Assembly: GCA_963745025.1 (NCBI GenBank)
Contig: CAVUWD010000010.1
Location: 93,794-157,793, forward strand
Reading direction: 5' to 3'
From: an uncultured delta proteobacterium
GTDB taxonomy: Bacteria; Desulfobacterota; Binatia; JACPRU01
Length of the DNA: 64,000 nucleotides
Shown: positions 1-9,191 of the stretch, in pieces
Layout of the letters: every line of letters begins with the position of its first letter
Numbering within the stretch: the stretch's first letter is position 1
The notes under the pieces: generated by a model
The model's input: only the letters and a program-made list of their open reading frames with translations
Told to the model about the DNA's origin: nothing
Database searches by the model: none
Made by a program: the position numbers and the translations under genes

Positions 1-596
1 GCTTCCTCGGCGAAATCGCGCGACGCGTACTCGATCACGTGGTCCGCTCCGAAGCGTCGCACGAGCTCGACCTTGTCGCTGCTCGAGACCGTGCCGATCA
101 CCCGCGCCCCGGCTGCCTTGGCGATCTGAACGGCGGCGATGCCGACCCCGCCGGCCGCCGAATGCACGAGCACCCATTGTCCCGCAGCGGTGCGATGGCA
201 GCTGTGCAGTAGATGCCACGCGGTAAGCACGGCGATCGGGAATGCCGCGCCCTGCTCGAACCCCATGTCGTCCGGCAGCGGGATCACGCGCGAGCGGCGG
301 ATGCGGGCGTACTCCGCGAACGCGCCCATACCGATGTAGGCGACGCGCATCCCGGGCTTCAGACCCACGACGTCCGTAGCGACAGCGTCGACGACGCCTG
401 CGGCCTCCATTCCCGGAACGTCGGGGAACACCGGCTTCACGAGATATTCGCCGCGGATGAAGAAGAGGTCGCCGAAGTTGACCGCGATCACCTCGTTCCG
501 AACGATCACCGTCCCCGGATCTAGGTTCGGGCGGGGAACTTCGCGCAAATCGAGGACCTCGGGGCCGCCGAGTCTGTCGAACTGAATGGCTCTCAC
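1..596 (-). CDS. NADPH:quinone oxidoreductase-like MDR (zinc-type alcohol dehydrogenase superfamily) protein, 3' end cut by window edge
   Basis: My own minus-strand translation from GTG at 594-596 reads VRAIQFDRLGGPEVLDLREVPRP...IAVNFGDLFFIRGEY...PGMEAAGVVDAV...VLVHSAAGGVGIAAVQIAKAAGARVIG. That is a GroES-like N-domain followed by an AxxGxxG Rossmann motif. It is absent from the ORF track because it has no stop inside the window. Confidence 0.8.
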   Translation of the reverse strand, partial: MRAIQFDRLGGPEVLDLREVPRPNLDPGTVIVRNEVIAVNFGDLFFIRGEYLVKPVFPDVPGMEAAGVVDAVATDVVGLKPGMRVAYIGMGAFAEYARIRRSRVIPLPDDMGFEQGAAFPIAVLTAWHLLHSCHRTAAGQWVLVHSAAGGVGIAAVQIAKAAGARVIGTVSSSDKVELVRRFGADHVIEYASRDFAEE

Positions 597-729
597 ACGG
601 CGCCCCGATCCCGAACAACCTCGCGCGACGAGTAGCGCGCTTCGAGCAGGATCTCCTCGATCCGCTGAATTCCTTCGGTTCGTCTACTCGTCTCAATCGA
701 GCCCGCGACTGCGACCCTCCCTCAGATTC

Positions 730-1068
730 TCACCCGCGCTCGCCCGACAACAGCTCTTCCGCGCGCATGTCGAGCTCCGCCTTTGCCAGCAGGGCCTTGT
801 CGAGCAAGAGCGTCTCCAATGCGGCGAGCCACTGCCGGTAGTAGATCGTGGCCGGGCTCGCGGACGGGTCGTTGGGAGGTGCGGCCACCGCCTCGATCAG
901 GCGGTCGCGGAATTCGTCCCAGTGAAAGAGCCCCTTCTGGTGGAGCCCGACCACCATGCCGAAGGCACGGCTCTGCCAGGGCGCGTCGAACACGAGCTCG
1001 CCGTTCTTGCGGGGCACCGCGGCGGCGCCGCTCAAGTCCGGTGGTTGAACCGCGGCATCGGTCGACAT
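730..1068 (-). CDS. nitrile hydratase accessory (activator) protein
   Basis: 112-aa ORF lying 10 nt downstream of the alpha subunit. It contains ELVFDAPWQSRAFGMVVGLHQKGLFHWDEFRDRLIEAV, which resembles the N-terminus of the beta subunit as NHase activators do. The beta-alpha-activator gene order supports the call. Confidence 0.8.
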   Translation of the reverse strand: MSTDAAVQPPDLSGAAAVPRKNGELVFDAPWQSRAFGMVVGLHQKGLFHWDEFRDRLIEAVAAPPNDPSASPATIYYRQWLAALETLLLDKALLAKAELDMRAEELLSGERG

Positions 1069-1077
1069 CGGACGAAC

Positions 1078-1692
1078 CTACCGCGGCGCCTCGATGGTGC
1101 CCACGCCGATCATCGAGTCGCGCGTGACGAGGCTTGCGAGCTCCTCCTCGGTCATCCCCTCGGTGCCCTTCGGCCGCTGCGGCAATACGAGGTAGCGGAT
1201 CTCCGAGCTCGAGTCCCAGACGCGAACCTCGACCGACGGATCGAGCACCACGCCGAACTCGGCGAGCACGGTGCGGGGCTCCTTCACCACGCGTGAGCGG
1301 TAGGGCAGGCTCTTGTACCAGGCCGGAGGCAGCCCGAGCACCGGCCACGGGTAGCAGGAGCAGAGCGTGCACACCACCACGTTATGAATCTTCGGCGTGT
1401 TCTCGACGGCCACCATGTGCTCGCCCTGAAGCCCGCCGATGCCGAGCTCGCCGAGCGCCGCCGTCGCGTTCTCGAGGAGCCGCTTCTTGAAATCCGGGTC
1501 CGTCCAAGCGCGCGCCACGGCCTTCGCGCCGTTGAGCGGTCCGATGTCCTTCTCATAAGCCGCCGCGACCTGATCGATCGCGTCGGAGGAGACCAACCCC
1601 TTCTCGATCAGCAGCGATTCGATGGCGCGGGCCCGCGCCTCGACTGGCGAAAGCGGCTCGGGGTGATGACCGCCGTCATGTTCTCCGCTCAT
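1078..1692 (-). CDS. nthA: nitrile hydratase alpha subunit, cobalt type
   Basis: The metal-binding claw [17 protein letters not shown] is present; Thr in C-T-L-C-S-C marks Co-type enzymes and Ser marks Fe-type. Its start overlaps the beta stop in an ATGA, and a GAGGAGGAAG Shine-Dalgarno lies inside the beta tail. Confidence 0.93.
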   Translation of the reverse strand: MSGEHDGGHHPEPLSPVEARARAIESLLIEKGLVSSDAIDQVAAAYEKDIGPLNGAKAVARAWTDPDFKKRLLENATAALGELGIGGLQGEHMVAVENTPKIHNVVVCTLCSCYPWPVLGLPPAWYKSLPYRSRVVKEPRTVLAEFGVVLDPSVEVRVWDSSSEIRYLVLPQRPKGTEGMTEEELASLVTRDSMIGVGTIEAPR

Positions 1693-2447
1693 CGCTTCCT
1701 CCTCGGACGGCGCGTTACCGCTTTGCGGCGCCGGGTCTCGCCGCGGCTCCGCGCGGCGCGCTTCGGCGCGCGAGCGGCGGGCTCGAGATAGCTCTCCCAG
1801 AGGTCGACGTAGACCTTGCCCCTGCCCTCCGCGTCAGGTCCCCAGAGATCCGCTGCTTCGAAGCCGACGGTGTAGAGAACCCTTGGGCTTTCGCCGCCCC
1901 CGTGGGCATGGGCGTCGGGGAACACGAATCGCTCGTGAACCTGCTCGATCGTGCCCGTCGCGCCACGCACGTAACGGGGACAACGGGTGTGACCGTGCGG
2001 GTTCATGCGGCGCACGAGAACGCGTGCCCCGCTCGCAAAGCGAGCGCGCCCCTTGCCGCGTGAGGTTGGCGCGCCCGTGCGAATCGCCTGGGCGAGACGC
2101 TGCGCGAGCGCCGGATCGGAGCGTTCGGGAACCGCGGGCGGCGCGGCGGACGCGAACTCGCGTACCTTTGCCTCGATCTCGGCTGCGGACAGCCGGCCCT
2201 TTTCGACGAGCATGCGCTCGAGGCCCGCGAGCCAGTGCTCGTAGTACGGCGAGCCTAGATAGTGCGCGGGGCTCATGCGCTCGATCGAGTGTCGGATCTC
2301 GTCGATGTTGTAGAGACCCTGTCCCATGGTGGCGAGGAACATGCCGAAGACGCGCCGTTCCCACGTCTGGTGAAAAAGCGGTTCGTTCTTCTCGCGCACC
2401 ACCGGACCGAAACCGTCCATGCCGCCGAGATCGTGGATGCTGTTCAT
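1689..2447 (-). CDS. nthB: nitrile hydratase beta subunit with an Arg/Lys-rich C-terminal extension
   Basis: The N-terminus [16 protein letters not shown]...[15 protein letters not shown] and the C-domain ...[14 protein letters not shown]...[12 protein letters not shown] are typical of NHase beta. An additional tail [30 protein letters not shown] follows. Confidence 0.9.
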   Translation of the reverse strand: MNSIHDLGGMDGFGPVVREKNEPLFHQTWERRVFGMFLATMGQGLYNIDEIRHSIERMSPAHYLGSPYYEHWLAGLERMLVEKGRLSAAEIEAKVREFASAAPPAVPERSDPALAQRLAQAIRTGAPTSRGKGRARFASGARVLVRRMNPHGHTRCPRYVRGATGTIEQVHERFVFPDAHAHGGGESPRVLYTVGFEAADLWGPDAEGRGKVYVDLWESYLEPAARAPKRAARSRGETRRRKAVTRRPRRKR

Positions 2448-2591
2448 AGCGTGAGCGTCTTAGCACAACGGCCGTCGGCGAACAGCCGTTTTCGGTTATC
2501 GCGAAGATGCCGCGAAGATGTCGCGATGTCTTTTGCCGAAGACCGAGAGCTGATAGCCGGGAGCCGAAGGATAGCCGAAGGAGGTCCCGCT

Positions 2592-4337
2592 ATGGCCCAG
2601 ATCGACGGCGGAGAGATGCTCGTCCGAGTGCTCGAAAGCGCAGGGGTCGGGGAGCTGTTCACGCTCCACGGCGGCCACCTCGACGCAATCTATCAGGCCG
2701 CTCGGAATCACGGCTTGCGGCTCGTCGACACCCGCCACGAGCAGGCGGCCGGGCACGCCGCCGATGGCTGGGCGCGGACCACGGGCCGAATCGGCGTGGC
2801 GATCGTGACCGCCGGGCCGGGCGTGACCGACGTCGTCACCGCCGTCGCCAACGCCTACCTCGACTGCGTGCCGACGCTCTTCGTCGGAGGCGCCGCGCCG
2901 CTCGCCGATGCCGAGACCCTCCCCTTGCAGGGTGGATTCGACCAGCTCGATCTGCTGCGCCCCGTCACCAAGTGGGCGCATCGCGTGACCCACCCGCACC
3001 GCATCCCCGACCTGGTCGCGCAAGCGCTGCGCACGGCCTCGACGGGCCGGCCCGGTCCCGTCTACCTCGAGATCCCGATCGACGTTCTGTTCGCGCGCAT
3101 CGACGAGTCACGACCGTTCTTTCCGCGAACCGTCCGCCCGGACGCCGCTCCCGCCCCCGCACCGGAGGCAGTCGAACGCGCGATCGAAAAGCTGCGCGCC
3201 GCCGAGCGTCCGGCGATCCTCGCCGGTGGCGGCGCCTGGTTTTCCGGAGCCACGGCCGAGCTCGTCGCCTTTGCCGAGCGGACGGGGATCCCCGTGTTCG
3301 TCAACGCCAAAGCCCGCGGTATGATCGCGGACGACCATCCTCTGGCGGGCCGGAGCTTCGCCAATCTCGGCGTCGCCGCCGGGCTCGCGGGCGGCGGGCC
3401 GGACGTGGCGATGCTCGTCGGCGCGCGGCTCGGGCTCTTCACCGGCGGACGGAGCGGCGAGCTTCTCGGCGGCGCTCGCCTCATCCAGGTCGACATCGCG
3501 GGCGAAGAGATCGGGCGCAATCGTGACGTCGACGTGGCGATCGTCGCTGATTGCCGCGAGGCGCTGCGGGCGCTCGAGGCCGCGGCGAGCGCCGATCGGT
3601 GGCCGGAGCGAAGCGCGTGGCGGCGCTTCGTCGTCGAGGCCCGCGATCTTCACCGGCAGATGTTCCGCGACGCGAGCACGAAGGATTCGCCGCCGATTCA
3701 TCCGTATCGCCTGGCGGAGGCGGTCGCGCGAGCCGTCGAGCGCGACGCCGTCCTCGTGGCCGACGGTGGCGAGACCTCGTCGTGGCTCGACATGGTGGCA
3801 GAAGTGCGCGGTGGCGGCCACTGGCTCTCGCACGGTTATCTCGGCTGTCTCGGAACTGGAATGCCGTTCGCGATCGCCGCCAAGCTCGCGCATCCCGGCC
3901 GGCAGGTTGTGTGTGTCACGGGAGACGGCTCGGTCGGGCTCAACTTCGCCGAGTTCGACACCATGGTGCGTCACCGGCTGGCGATCACCACGGTCGTCAA
4001 CAACGACCAGCAGTGGGGTATGTCGGCGCACGGCCAGCAGTTGATCTACGGGAAAGAGCGGAAGGTGGTGACCGAGCTCGGCCCCACTCGCTACGATCTG
4101 GCCGCGGCGGGCTTCGGTTGCCACGCCGAGCACGTCGAGGAGCCGCGCGATCTCATGCCGGCGCTCGAGCGCGCGCTCGGGAACGGAAGGCCGGCGTGCG
4201 TCAACGTGATGACCGATCCCGACGCGATCGCGCCGATCACGCTCGCGATGTACGCCGCCTTCATGCCGTCCGACGAGCGGAAGGAGACGAAGGGCGACCG
4301 CGTGGCGATGCCGTACTACGGTGAAGGAGACACGTGA
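2592..4337 (+). CDS. thiamine-pyrophosphate-dependent enzyme (acetolactate-synthase large-subunit-like)
   Basis: The N-terminal Pyr domain reads GGEMLVRVLESAGVGELFTLHGGH...TRHEQAAGHAADGWAR. The TPP motif GDGSVGLNFAEFDTMVRHRLAITTVVNNDQQWG is present. I chose the ATG at 2592 because GAAGGAGG lies 8 nt upstream; the track ORF start at 2262 would overlap nthB. Confidence 0.85.
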   Translation: MAQIDGGEMLVRVLESAGVGELFTLHGGHLDAIYQAARNHGLRLVDTRHEQAAGHAADGWARTTGRIGVAIVTAGPGVTDVVTAVANAYLDCVPTLFVGGAAPLADAETLPLQGGFDQLDLLRPVTKWAHRVTHPHRIPDLVAQALRTASTGRPGPVYLEIPIDVLFARIDESRPFFPRTVRPDAAPAPAPEAVERAIEKLRAAERPAILAGGGAWFSGATAELVAFAERTGIPVFVNAKARGMIADDHPLAGRSFANLGVAAGLAGGGPDVAMLVGARLGLFTGGRSGELLGGARLIQVDIAGEEIGRNRDVDVAIVADCREALRALEAAASADRWPERSAWRRFVVEARDLHRQMFRDASTKDSPPIHPYRLAEAVARAVERDAVLVADGGETSSWLDMVAEVRGGGHWLSHGYLGCLGTGMPFAIAAKLAHPGRQVVCVTGDGSVGLNFAEFDTMVRHRLAITTVVNNDQQWGMSAHGQQLIYGKERKVVTELGPTRYDLAAAGFGCHAEHVEEPRDLMPALERALGNGRPACVNVMTDPDAIAPITLAMYAAFMPSDERKETKGDRVAMPYYGEGDT

Positions 4338-4404
4338 GGGGGACCGTCGCGCCGAAGCGCCTGGGCCCTGGTCGCGCAGAGCGCGATCTGTGCCCGAGCG
4401 TTCG

Positions 4405-4794
4405 TCATCGGCGGAGAGAGCGGATGAAGGCGACGAGATCGGAGATCTTGTCCGCGGCGAGGCGATCTTCGTAAGCCGGCATCAACGTCGATTTTCCCAC
4501 CGCCTTCCCTCCCTCCCGGATCACCCGTGCGATCTGCTCATCCGGCCAATTCTCCATGACCCCGGAATCGGTGAAGTCGATCGGACGGTCTGCGCCCCTG
4601 ACCATCGCGAGCAGGCGGATGCCCATTCCTCCGCCCCTGCCATCGCGGCCGTGGCAGCCGGCGCAACGGTCGGCGAAGAGCACCGCTCCCGCCGAGGCAT
4701 CTTCCCCGGCCGCTTCGCCGCGGACCGCGGGCAGCGAGAGCACCGCGGCGGCGATCACCACTCGAGCCACGAAGCGATTGACGGCACTGCTCAC
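4405..4794 (-). CDS. monohaem class I c-type cytochrome, secreted
   Basis: It has a signal peptide, one CAGCH haem motif and a distal Met region (STLMPAY). Its GTG start overlaps the stop of the upstream YceI gene in a GTGA. Confidence 0.8.
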   Translation of the reverse strand: MSSAVNRFVARVVIAAAVLSLPAVRGEAAGEDASAGAVLFADRCAGCHGRDGRGGGMGIRLLAMVRGADRPIDFTDSGVMENWPDEQIARVIREGGKAVGKSTLMPAYEDRLAADKISDLVAFIRSLRR

Positions 4795-5570
4795 GATTTC
4801 CCCTCCTCTGCTGCGAGACTGTATCGCAGACCGCTCCCGTTGGTCGCGATCCCGTCTCCGGTCGAAGCATCCTGCCGAGCTGGGAGACTAGGTCGCAGAT
4901 CGCTCCCGTTGGTCGCGATCTCATCTTCGATCGAAGCATCCTGCCGAGCTAGCCCCGCGTGCGTGCCGGGGGCGAGTTGGCCGACTCCGCTGACCTCGAT
5001 CGCTACTTCTTTGGCGACCCGAAGGATCAGTAGGCTCGGGTCCTTCAGGCCCCAGGCGACGTATGGCACGAGGAAGTGCGTCGTGAAGGTGACTTGGTCG
5101 CCGATCAGACGGGCAACGACCGGAAGCGCGATCTCGTGCTCGGTTCCGTGCAGCGCGAGCAGGCCGTGCACCGCCAAGTGAATCTCGTCTGCCGCGGAGT
5201 CGAGCCGCTCGAAGCGTTGCGGGGTGAAGCGAATCTCCGGGTAACGGCTCGACTCGAGGACGTCGTTGCGCATCGCCGTGTCGCGGCTGTCGTTGCCGCT
5301 TCTCCCGCTCGCGGCATCGACGACGATGAGGCCCTCGGCTTTCCCCGTCGCCGGGTCGAGCCGGATGGTTCCGTGCTTGAGCGCGAACCCGCCCTCGACC
5401 GTGTGCAGCGCCCCGCGCAGCGTGAAGGCGACGCGCGTCGCGGCGGAATCGAGCTCGACCACCGCCGGCATCGCATCCGTCCCTGTCGCTTGCCCGCTGC
5501 AAAGCAGGAGCGTTGCCGCGAGCAGCGCCGGTCCCGCGATTCGCACGAAACGTCGCACCATCGGCGGCAT
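4791..5570 (-). CDS. YceI-like (polyisoprenoid/lipid-binding) periplasmic protein, possible lipoprotein, with a C-terminal 23-aa tandem repeat
   Basis: The body VAFTLRGALHTVEGGFALKHGTIRLDP...SRDTAMRNDVLESSRYPEIRF...LALHGTEHEIALPV is YceI-like. The signal/lipobox is LLLCSG. The start at 5568-5570 was placed by counting back 259 codons; the 521-aa track ORF upstream of it is Arg-rich junk. Confidence 0.8.
   Translation of the reverse strand: MPPMVRRFVRIAGPALLAATLLLCSGQATGTDAMPAVVELDSAATRVAFTLRGALHTVEGGFALKHGTIRLDPATGKAEGLIVVDAASGRSGNDSRDTAMRNDVLESSRYPEIRFTPQRFERLDSAADEIHLAVHGLLALHGTEHEIALPVVARLIGDQVTFTTHFLVPYVAWGLKDPSLLILRVAKEVAIEVSGVGQLAPGTHAGLARQDASIEDEIATNGSDLRPSLPARQDASTGDGIATNGSGLRYSLAAEEGKS
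4824..4951. repeat. two tandem copies of a 69-bp unit inside the 3' end of the YceI-like gene
   Basis: tcgcagaCcgctcccgttggtcgcgatc...gaagcatcctgccgagct at 4824 recurs at 4893 with a period of 69 nt (23 codons). It encodes ARQDASIEDEIATNGSDLRPSLP / ARQDASTGDGIATNGSGLRYSL. Confidence 0.85.
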
Positions 5571-5578
5571 CGGGATCC

Positions 5579-6709
5579 TCAGACGGCGGCCGCATCGGCA
5601 GCGACGAGCTGCCATGCGAAGCCGGCGACCGCCTTCGCGCCGATCGCGGTCGGCGGGAGAGCGCCGACGTGAATCCCGAGCAGCCGATGGAACACCTCGG
5701 GCCGCGACCGCAGCGCCGCCAGCGCGCGCCGGCGAACCCAAGCGATGTCGCTCATCAATAGCAGCAAGCTCGCCATCATCTTCGGCAGCCGGCCGATCCG
5801 GCGGTGCGCGTCTTGGTACGAACGGAGGTCGCTCGCCGCCAAGGCCTCGCCCAGCGCGACGGCCTGCTGGAATGCCATCGAGAGGCCTTCCCCGGTGATC
5901 GCATCGACCGATCCGGAGGCGTCGCCGACGAGCGCGGCTCGATTGGCGACGACGGCTCGCAAGCGTAGCGTCGCCGAGACGCCGCCCCTGACCGAGGTCG
6001 TCGGTCGCGCGTCGCCGAGTCGCTCCGCGAGATCGGGAAACGACAGCGCGAGGCTCTCGAGACGCTTGACGGGAACGTCGCCGATCAACGCGACGCAGAC
6101 TTCGTTCGCGCCGACGGGCGTTACGTACGCCTGGCAGCGGTTTCCCCAGTACACTTCCACGAAGTCGGTCCACGGGGTGACGCGGAAATGCTGTCGGACG
6201 CCGATCCGGCGTCGCGGAGCCCTCCGTGGGCCGACTCCCATCCGCGAGCGAATCCCCGACTGATGGCCATCCGCGCCGATCAGCCAGCGATAGCCGATGC
6301 GCCTTCCCCGGAGCTCGACCGCTCCCGTGCGATCGAATCGCACCGCTTCCCCCCAACAGGCTACGGCTCCGACGTCGAGCGCTCGCTCGAGCAAGCGGCG
6401 ATGAAGAACCGTGCGGCGGACGCCGACCGCCGGGATGCCGGGGAAGGCCGCTGCGGCGTGGAGATGACGATCGATGAAGCGGATCCCGTGGAACGGAAAC
6501 ACATCATCGTCGCCGAACGCGACTCCGAGGCGCTCCAGTGCCGCAACGCCGTCGGGCATGAGCCCTTCGCCGCAGGCCTTGTCGATCGGAGGACGCGCAC
6601 CGTCGGCGACGACCACGCTGAGCCCCCGCAGGCGAGCGGCGATGGCGGCGGCTAAGCCGGCCGGTCCTCCACCGACCACGAGGACGTCGATCTCGGCAGG
6701 AATTTCCAT
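5579..6709 (-). CDS. FAD-dependent oxidoreductase/monooxygenase (geranylgeranyl-reductase-like family)
   Basis: MEIPAEIDVLVVGGGPAGLAAA carries the GxGxxG motif. LIGADGHQSGIRSRMG and GDASGSVDAITGEGLSMA are also present. The start at 6707-6709 lies 5 nt after the PKS stop. Confidence 0.85.
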   Translation of the reverse strand: MEIPAEIDVLVVGGGPAGLAAAIAARLRGLSVVVADGARPPIDKACGEGLMPDGVAALERLGVAFGDDDVFPFHGIRFIDRHLHAAAAFPGIPAVGVRRTVLHRRLLERALDVGAVACWGEAVRFDRTGAVELRGRRIGYRWLIGADGHQSGIRSRMGVGPRRAPRRRIGVRQHFRVTPWTDFVEVYWGNRCQAYVTPVGANEVCVALIGDVPVKRLESLALSFPDLAERLGDARPTTSVRGGVSATLRLRAVVANRAALVGDASGSVDAITGEGLSMAFQQAVALGEALAASDLRSYQDAHRRIGRLPKMMASLLLLMSDIAWVRRRALAALRSRPEVFHRLLGIHVGALPPTAIGAKAVAGFAWQLVAADAAAV

Positions 6710-6714
6710 GAGCG

Positions 6715-7764
6715 TCACCACCGTACGAGCAGCAGCTCCGAGCAGAAGCCCGGACCGAGGGCGAGAAGAAGACCGAGCGTCCCCGGCGCCGGCCGCCGAT
6801 CGAGCATCACGTTCTCGAGCACGAGCAGGATCGAGGCGGACGAAAGGTTGCCGCAGCGGCGCAGGCAATTCCACGACGCCTCGAGATGTCGATTCGATAT
6901 CCCGAGCGCATCCTGGATGGCTTCGAGCACTTTCGGGCCGCCGGTGTGGATGACCCAGCTGCCGACGTCGTCGCGCGTGAGACCTTGCGCCGCCAGGAAC
7001 GAGTCCACGTCCTCGGTGAGTCGCTCGCGAATCAGCTCCGGAAGCTTTGCCGACAACACGATCTCGAAGCCTCGCTCGGAGATCTTCCAACCCATGATCT
7101 CTTCCGAGTCGGGATAGAAGACGGAATGGGTCGCGAGAATCTCCGGCCCCTCCTGCGCGCGCTCGGACCCGGTGACGATGGCGGCGGCGGCTCCATCGGC
7201 GAAGAGGCCGCTGGCGATCAGATTCGCGCTCGAGAGGTCGTCGTGCCGGAGCGTCAGCGAGCAGACCTCGACGGCGAGAATGGCGGCGGCCTGACGCGGA
7301 TAGGCGCGGGTATGGTCTGCGGCGCGCGTCACGCCGACTGCGCCGCCCACGCAGCCGAGCCCGAAGATCGGCGTCCGCTTGATGTCCGAGCGGAGCTTCA
7401 TCCGGTTGATGAGGCGCGCGTCCAGCGACGGGCTGGCGACCCCGGTGATCGAGACCACGTAGAGCGCGTCGAGCTCACTCCGCGCGAGTCCGGCGCGCCG
7501 GCAAGCGGCGTCGAGAGCACGGGCTCCAAGAGCCTCGGCGACCTCGAGCCAAGCGGAATTCGTCTGACCCCAGGTCTCGAATTCCGGATATCGCTCGAGC
7601 GGCAGGGCGAGGTGTCGATACTGGACCCCGGCGCGAGAATGGAATCGGTCGAGCAGATCGGGCTTCTCCAGCCGATCCTGCCAATGGTGCTTCAGCGCAG
7701 CCGTGATGAGGCTTTGGTGGTACCGATGCTCGGGCAGGGCGCTCGCCACGGCGGCGATTCTCAT
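6715..7764 (-). CDS. type III polyketide synthase (chalcone/stilbene synthase superfamily)
   Basis: The Cys-His-Asn triad contexts are present: IFGLGCVGGAVG, WVIHTGGPKVLEA and RRCGNLSSASILLVLE. The 349-aa length fits the family. Confidence 0.9.
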   Translation of the reverse strand: MRIAAVASALPEHRYHQSLITAALKHHWQDRLEKPDLLDRFHSRAGVQYRHLALPLERYPEFETWGQTNSAWLEVAEALGARALDAACRRAGLARSELDALYVVSITGVASPSLDARLINRMKLRSDIKRTPIFGLGCVGGAVGVTRAADHTRAYPRQAAAILAVEVCSLTLRHDDLSSANLIASGLFADGAAAAIVTGSERAQEGPEILATHSVFYPDSEEIMGWKISERGFEIVLSAKLPELIRERLTEDVDSFLAAQGLTRDDVGSWVIHTGGPKVLEAIQDALGISNRHLEASWNCLRRCGNLSSASILLVLENVMLDRRPAPGTLGLLLALGPGFCSELLLVRW

Positions 7765-7785
7765 GGGCGTACCGTTCCCGTCCGC

Positions 7786-9147
7786 TCAGATCTTCATCAC
7801 CCGCCGGGCCAGACCGAGGGCTTCGGTCCAGAAGCTCGAGGAGGTGTGAATCAATTCAAACACGGCATGGACCGCGGTCACGAATCGCTCGATCTGCTCC
7901 TCCGCGACCATCAACGGGGGCGTGACCTTCAGCACCATGAAATCGTTGCCGCAGATCTGGCTGAGGATTCCGTGGTCGCGGAAGAGCCTCATCACCACGA
8001 CCTGGCCGAACATGGCGGGATGGGTCCTTGCGAAGGCCTCGAAGGGCAGCCTCAGGCGAAAGCGCCGGGGTGCCTTGAACTCGATGCCGCAGAAGAGACC
8101 GAGGCCGCGCACCTCTCCGAACATCTCGTAGCCGCAGAGCCGCTCGACGAGCCGCGCGCGCAATCGTTCGCCGCTCTCCGCGGCTCGCCGCCCGAGCTGC
8201 TCGTGCTCGAGCACGTCGAGCGTCGCCAATCCCGCCCGCATCGCCAGGCTGTTCTCGCTGTACGTCGAGGTATGGACGAACGCGCGCTTCAGCGAGTCGT
8301 AGACCGAATCGCCGACGGCGTCCGTCATCAACACCGCTGCGCTCGGCACTAGCCCTCCGCTCAAGGCTTTGGCGAGCACGACCATGTCGGGCTCGACGCC
8401 GAAGTGATGGGCAGCGAGGAACGGGCCCGTGCGGTAGAGGCCCGTCTGCACCTCGTCGAGCACGAAGAGCGTCCCGAACCGGCGGCAGAGAGCCTCGGCC
8501 CGGCGCAAGTATTCGCTCGGGGCGATGCGGATTCCGCTTTCGCCCTGCACCGGCTCGACGACGAAGGCGGCGAACCGCCGGGTCGAGAGCTGGTGCTCGA
8601 GCTCCGCCAGGCGTCCGAAGGGAACCGACTCGGTGTCGGGCAGTAGGGCGCCGAAGCCTTGGGTCCAAAACGGGTTCGACATCAACGACAGCGCGCCGCA
8701 GGTGAGCCCGTGGAAGCCGCCGTCGGCGTAGAGCATGCCGGGTCGGCCGGTGTGGGCGCGCGCGAACTTGATGACCGCCTCGATCCCTTCGCTGCCCGAG
8801 CTGGCGAAGAATGCTCGGCCGAGCCGTCCTCCGGCCGACGCGCAAAGCCGTGCGGCGAGCTCGCCGGCGAGCTCGGAAACGTGGCTCTGCAGCATGGCGG
8901 GCCCCTGGCGGTCGAGTTCGTCCTTGATCGCGGCGATCACGCTCGGGTGGTTGTGGCCGACGTTGTGGACGCAGTAGCCGGAGAGAAAGTCGAGCAGTTG
9001 CCGTCCGTCGGCGGTGTGGAGCTCCGCGCCGCTGCAGCGCACGTATTCGACGTTCATCTGCAGCACGTTCAGCAATCGCACCCACTGGGGGTTGACGTGT
9101 CGCTCGTAGAGCCTGCCGCGATCTTCGGGGATTTTGTACTTGAGCAT
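7786..9147 (-). CDS. class III PLP-dependent aminotransferase (ornithine/putrescine/GABA aminotransferase-like)
   Basis: SGSEGIEAVIKFAR, FVLDEVQTGLYRTGPF and the PLP-lysine context DMVVLAKALSGG are present. I chose the start MLKYKIPEDRG at 9145-9147; upstream residues of the track ORF are Arg-rich and would cover the sigma-54 promoter. Confidence 0.85.
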   Translation of the reverse strand: MLKYKIPEDRGRLYERHVNPQWVRLLNVLQMNVEYVRCSGAELHTADGRQLLDFLSGYCVHNVGHNHPSVIAAIKDELDRQGPAMLQSHVSELAGELAARLCASAGGRLGRAFFASSGSEGIEAVIKFARAHTGRPGMLYADGGFHGLTCGALSLMSNPFWTQGFGALLPDTESVPFGRLAELEHQLSTRRFAAFVVEPVQGESGIRIAPSEYLRRAEALCRRFGTLFVLDEVQTGLYRTGPFLAAHHFGVEPDMVVLAKALSGGLVPSAAVLMTDAVGDSVYDSLKRAFVHTSTYSENSLAMRAGLATLDVLEHEQLGRRAAESGERLRARLVERLCGYEMFGEVRGLGLFCGIEFKAPRRFRLRLPFEAFARTHPAMFGQVVVMRLFRDHGILSQICGNDFMVLKVTPPLMVAEEQIERFVTAVHAVFELIHTSSSFWTEALGLARRVMKI

Positions 9148-9191
9148 GGAAAGCCTTTGCGCGCCTCGCGGGCTAAACCTAGTAGACCTAG

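Noticed and set aside
2262-2591. Upstream extension of the TPP enzyme ORF (track start at 2262; internal ATG at 2526).
   Set aside because: It would overlap the nthB start region. The ATG at 2592 has a GAAGGAGG Shine-Dalgarno, and the conserved TPP N-domain starts right after it.
4824-4951. The 69-bp direct repeats as a possible CRISPR array or MITE.
   Set aside because: There are only two copies, directly adjacent with no spacers, and they are in frame within a coding region. No cas genes occur anywhere in the window.
5571-6356. N-terminal 262 residues of the 521-aa track ORF extending the YceI gene.
   Set aside because: That stretch is Arg-rich junk overlapping the FAD oxidoreductase on the same strand in another frame. 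A proper signal peptide and lipobox begin at the Met at 5570.
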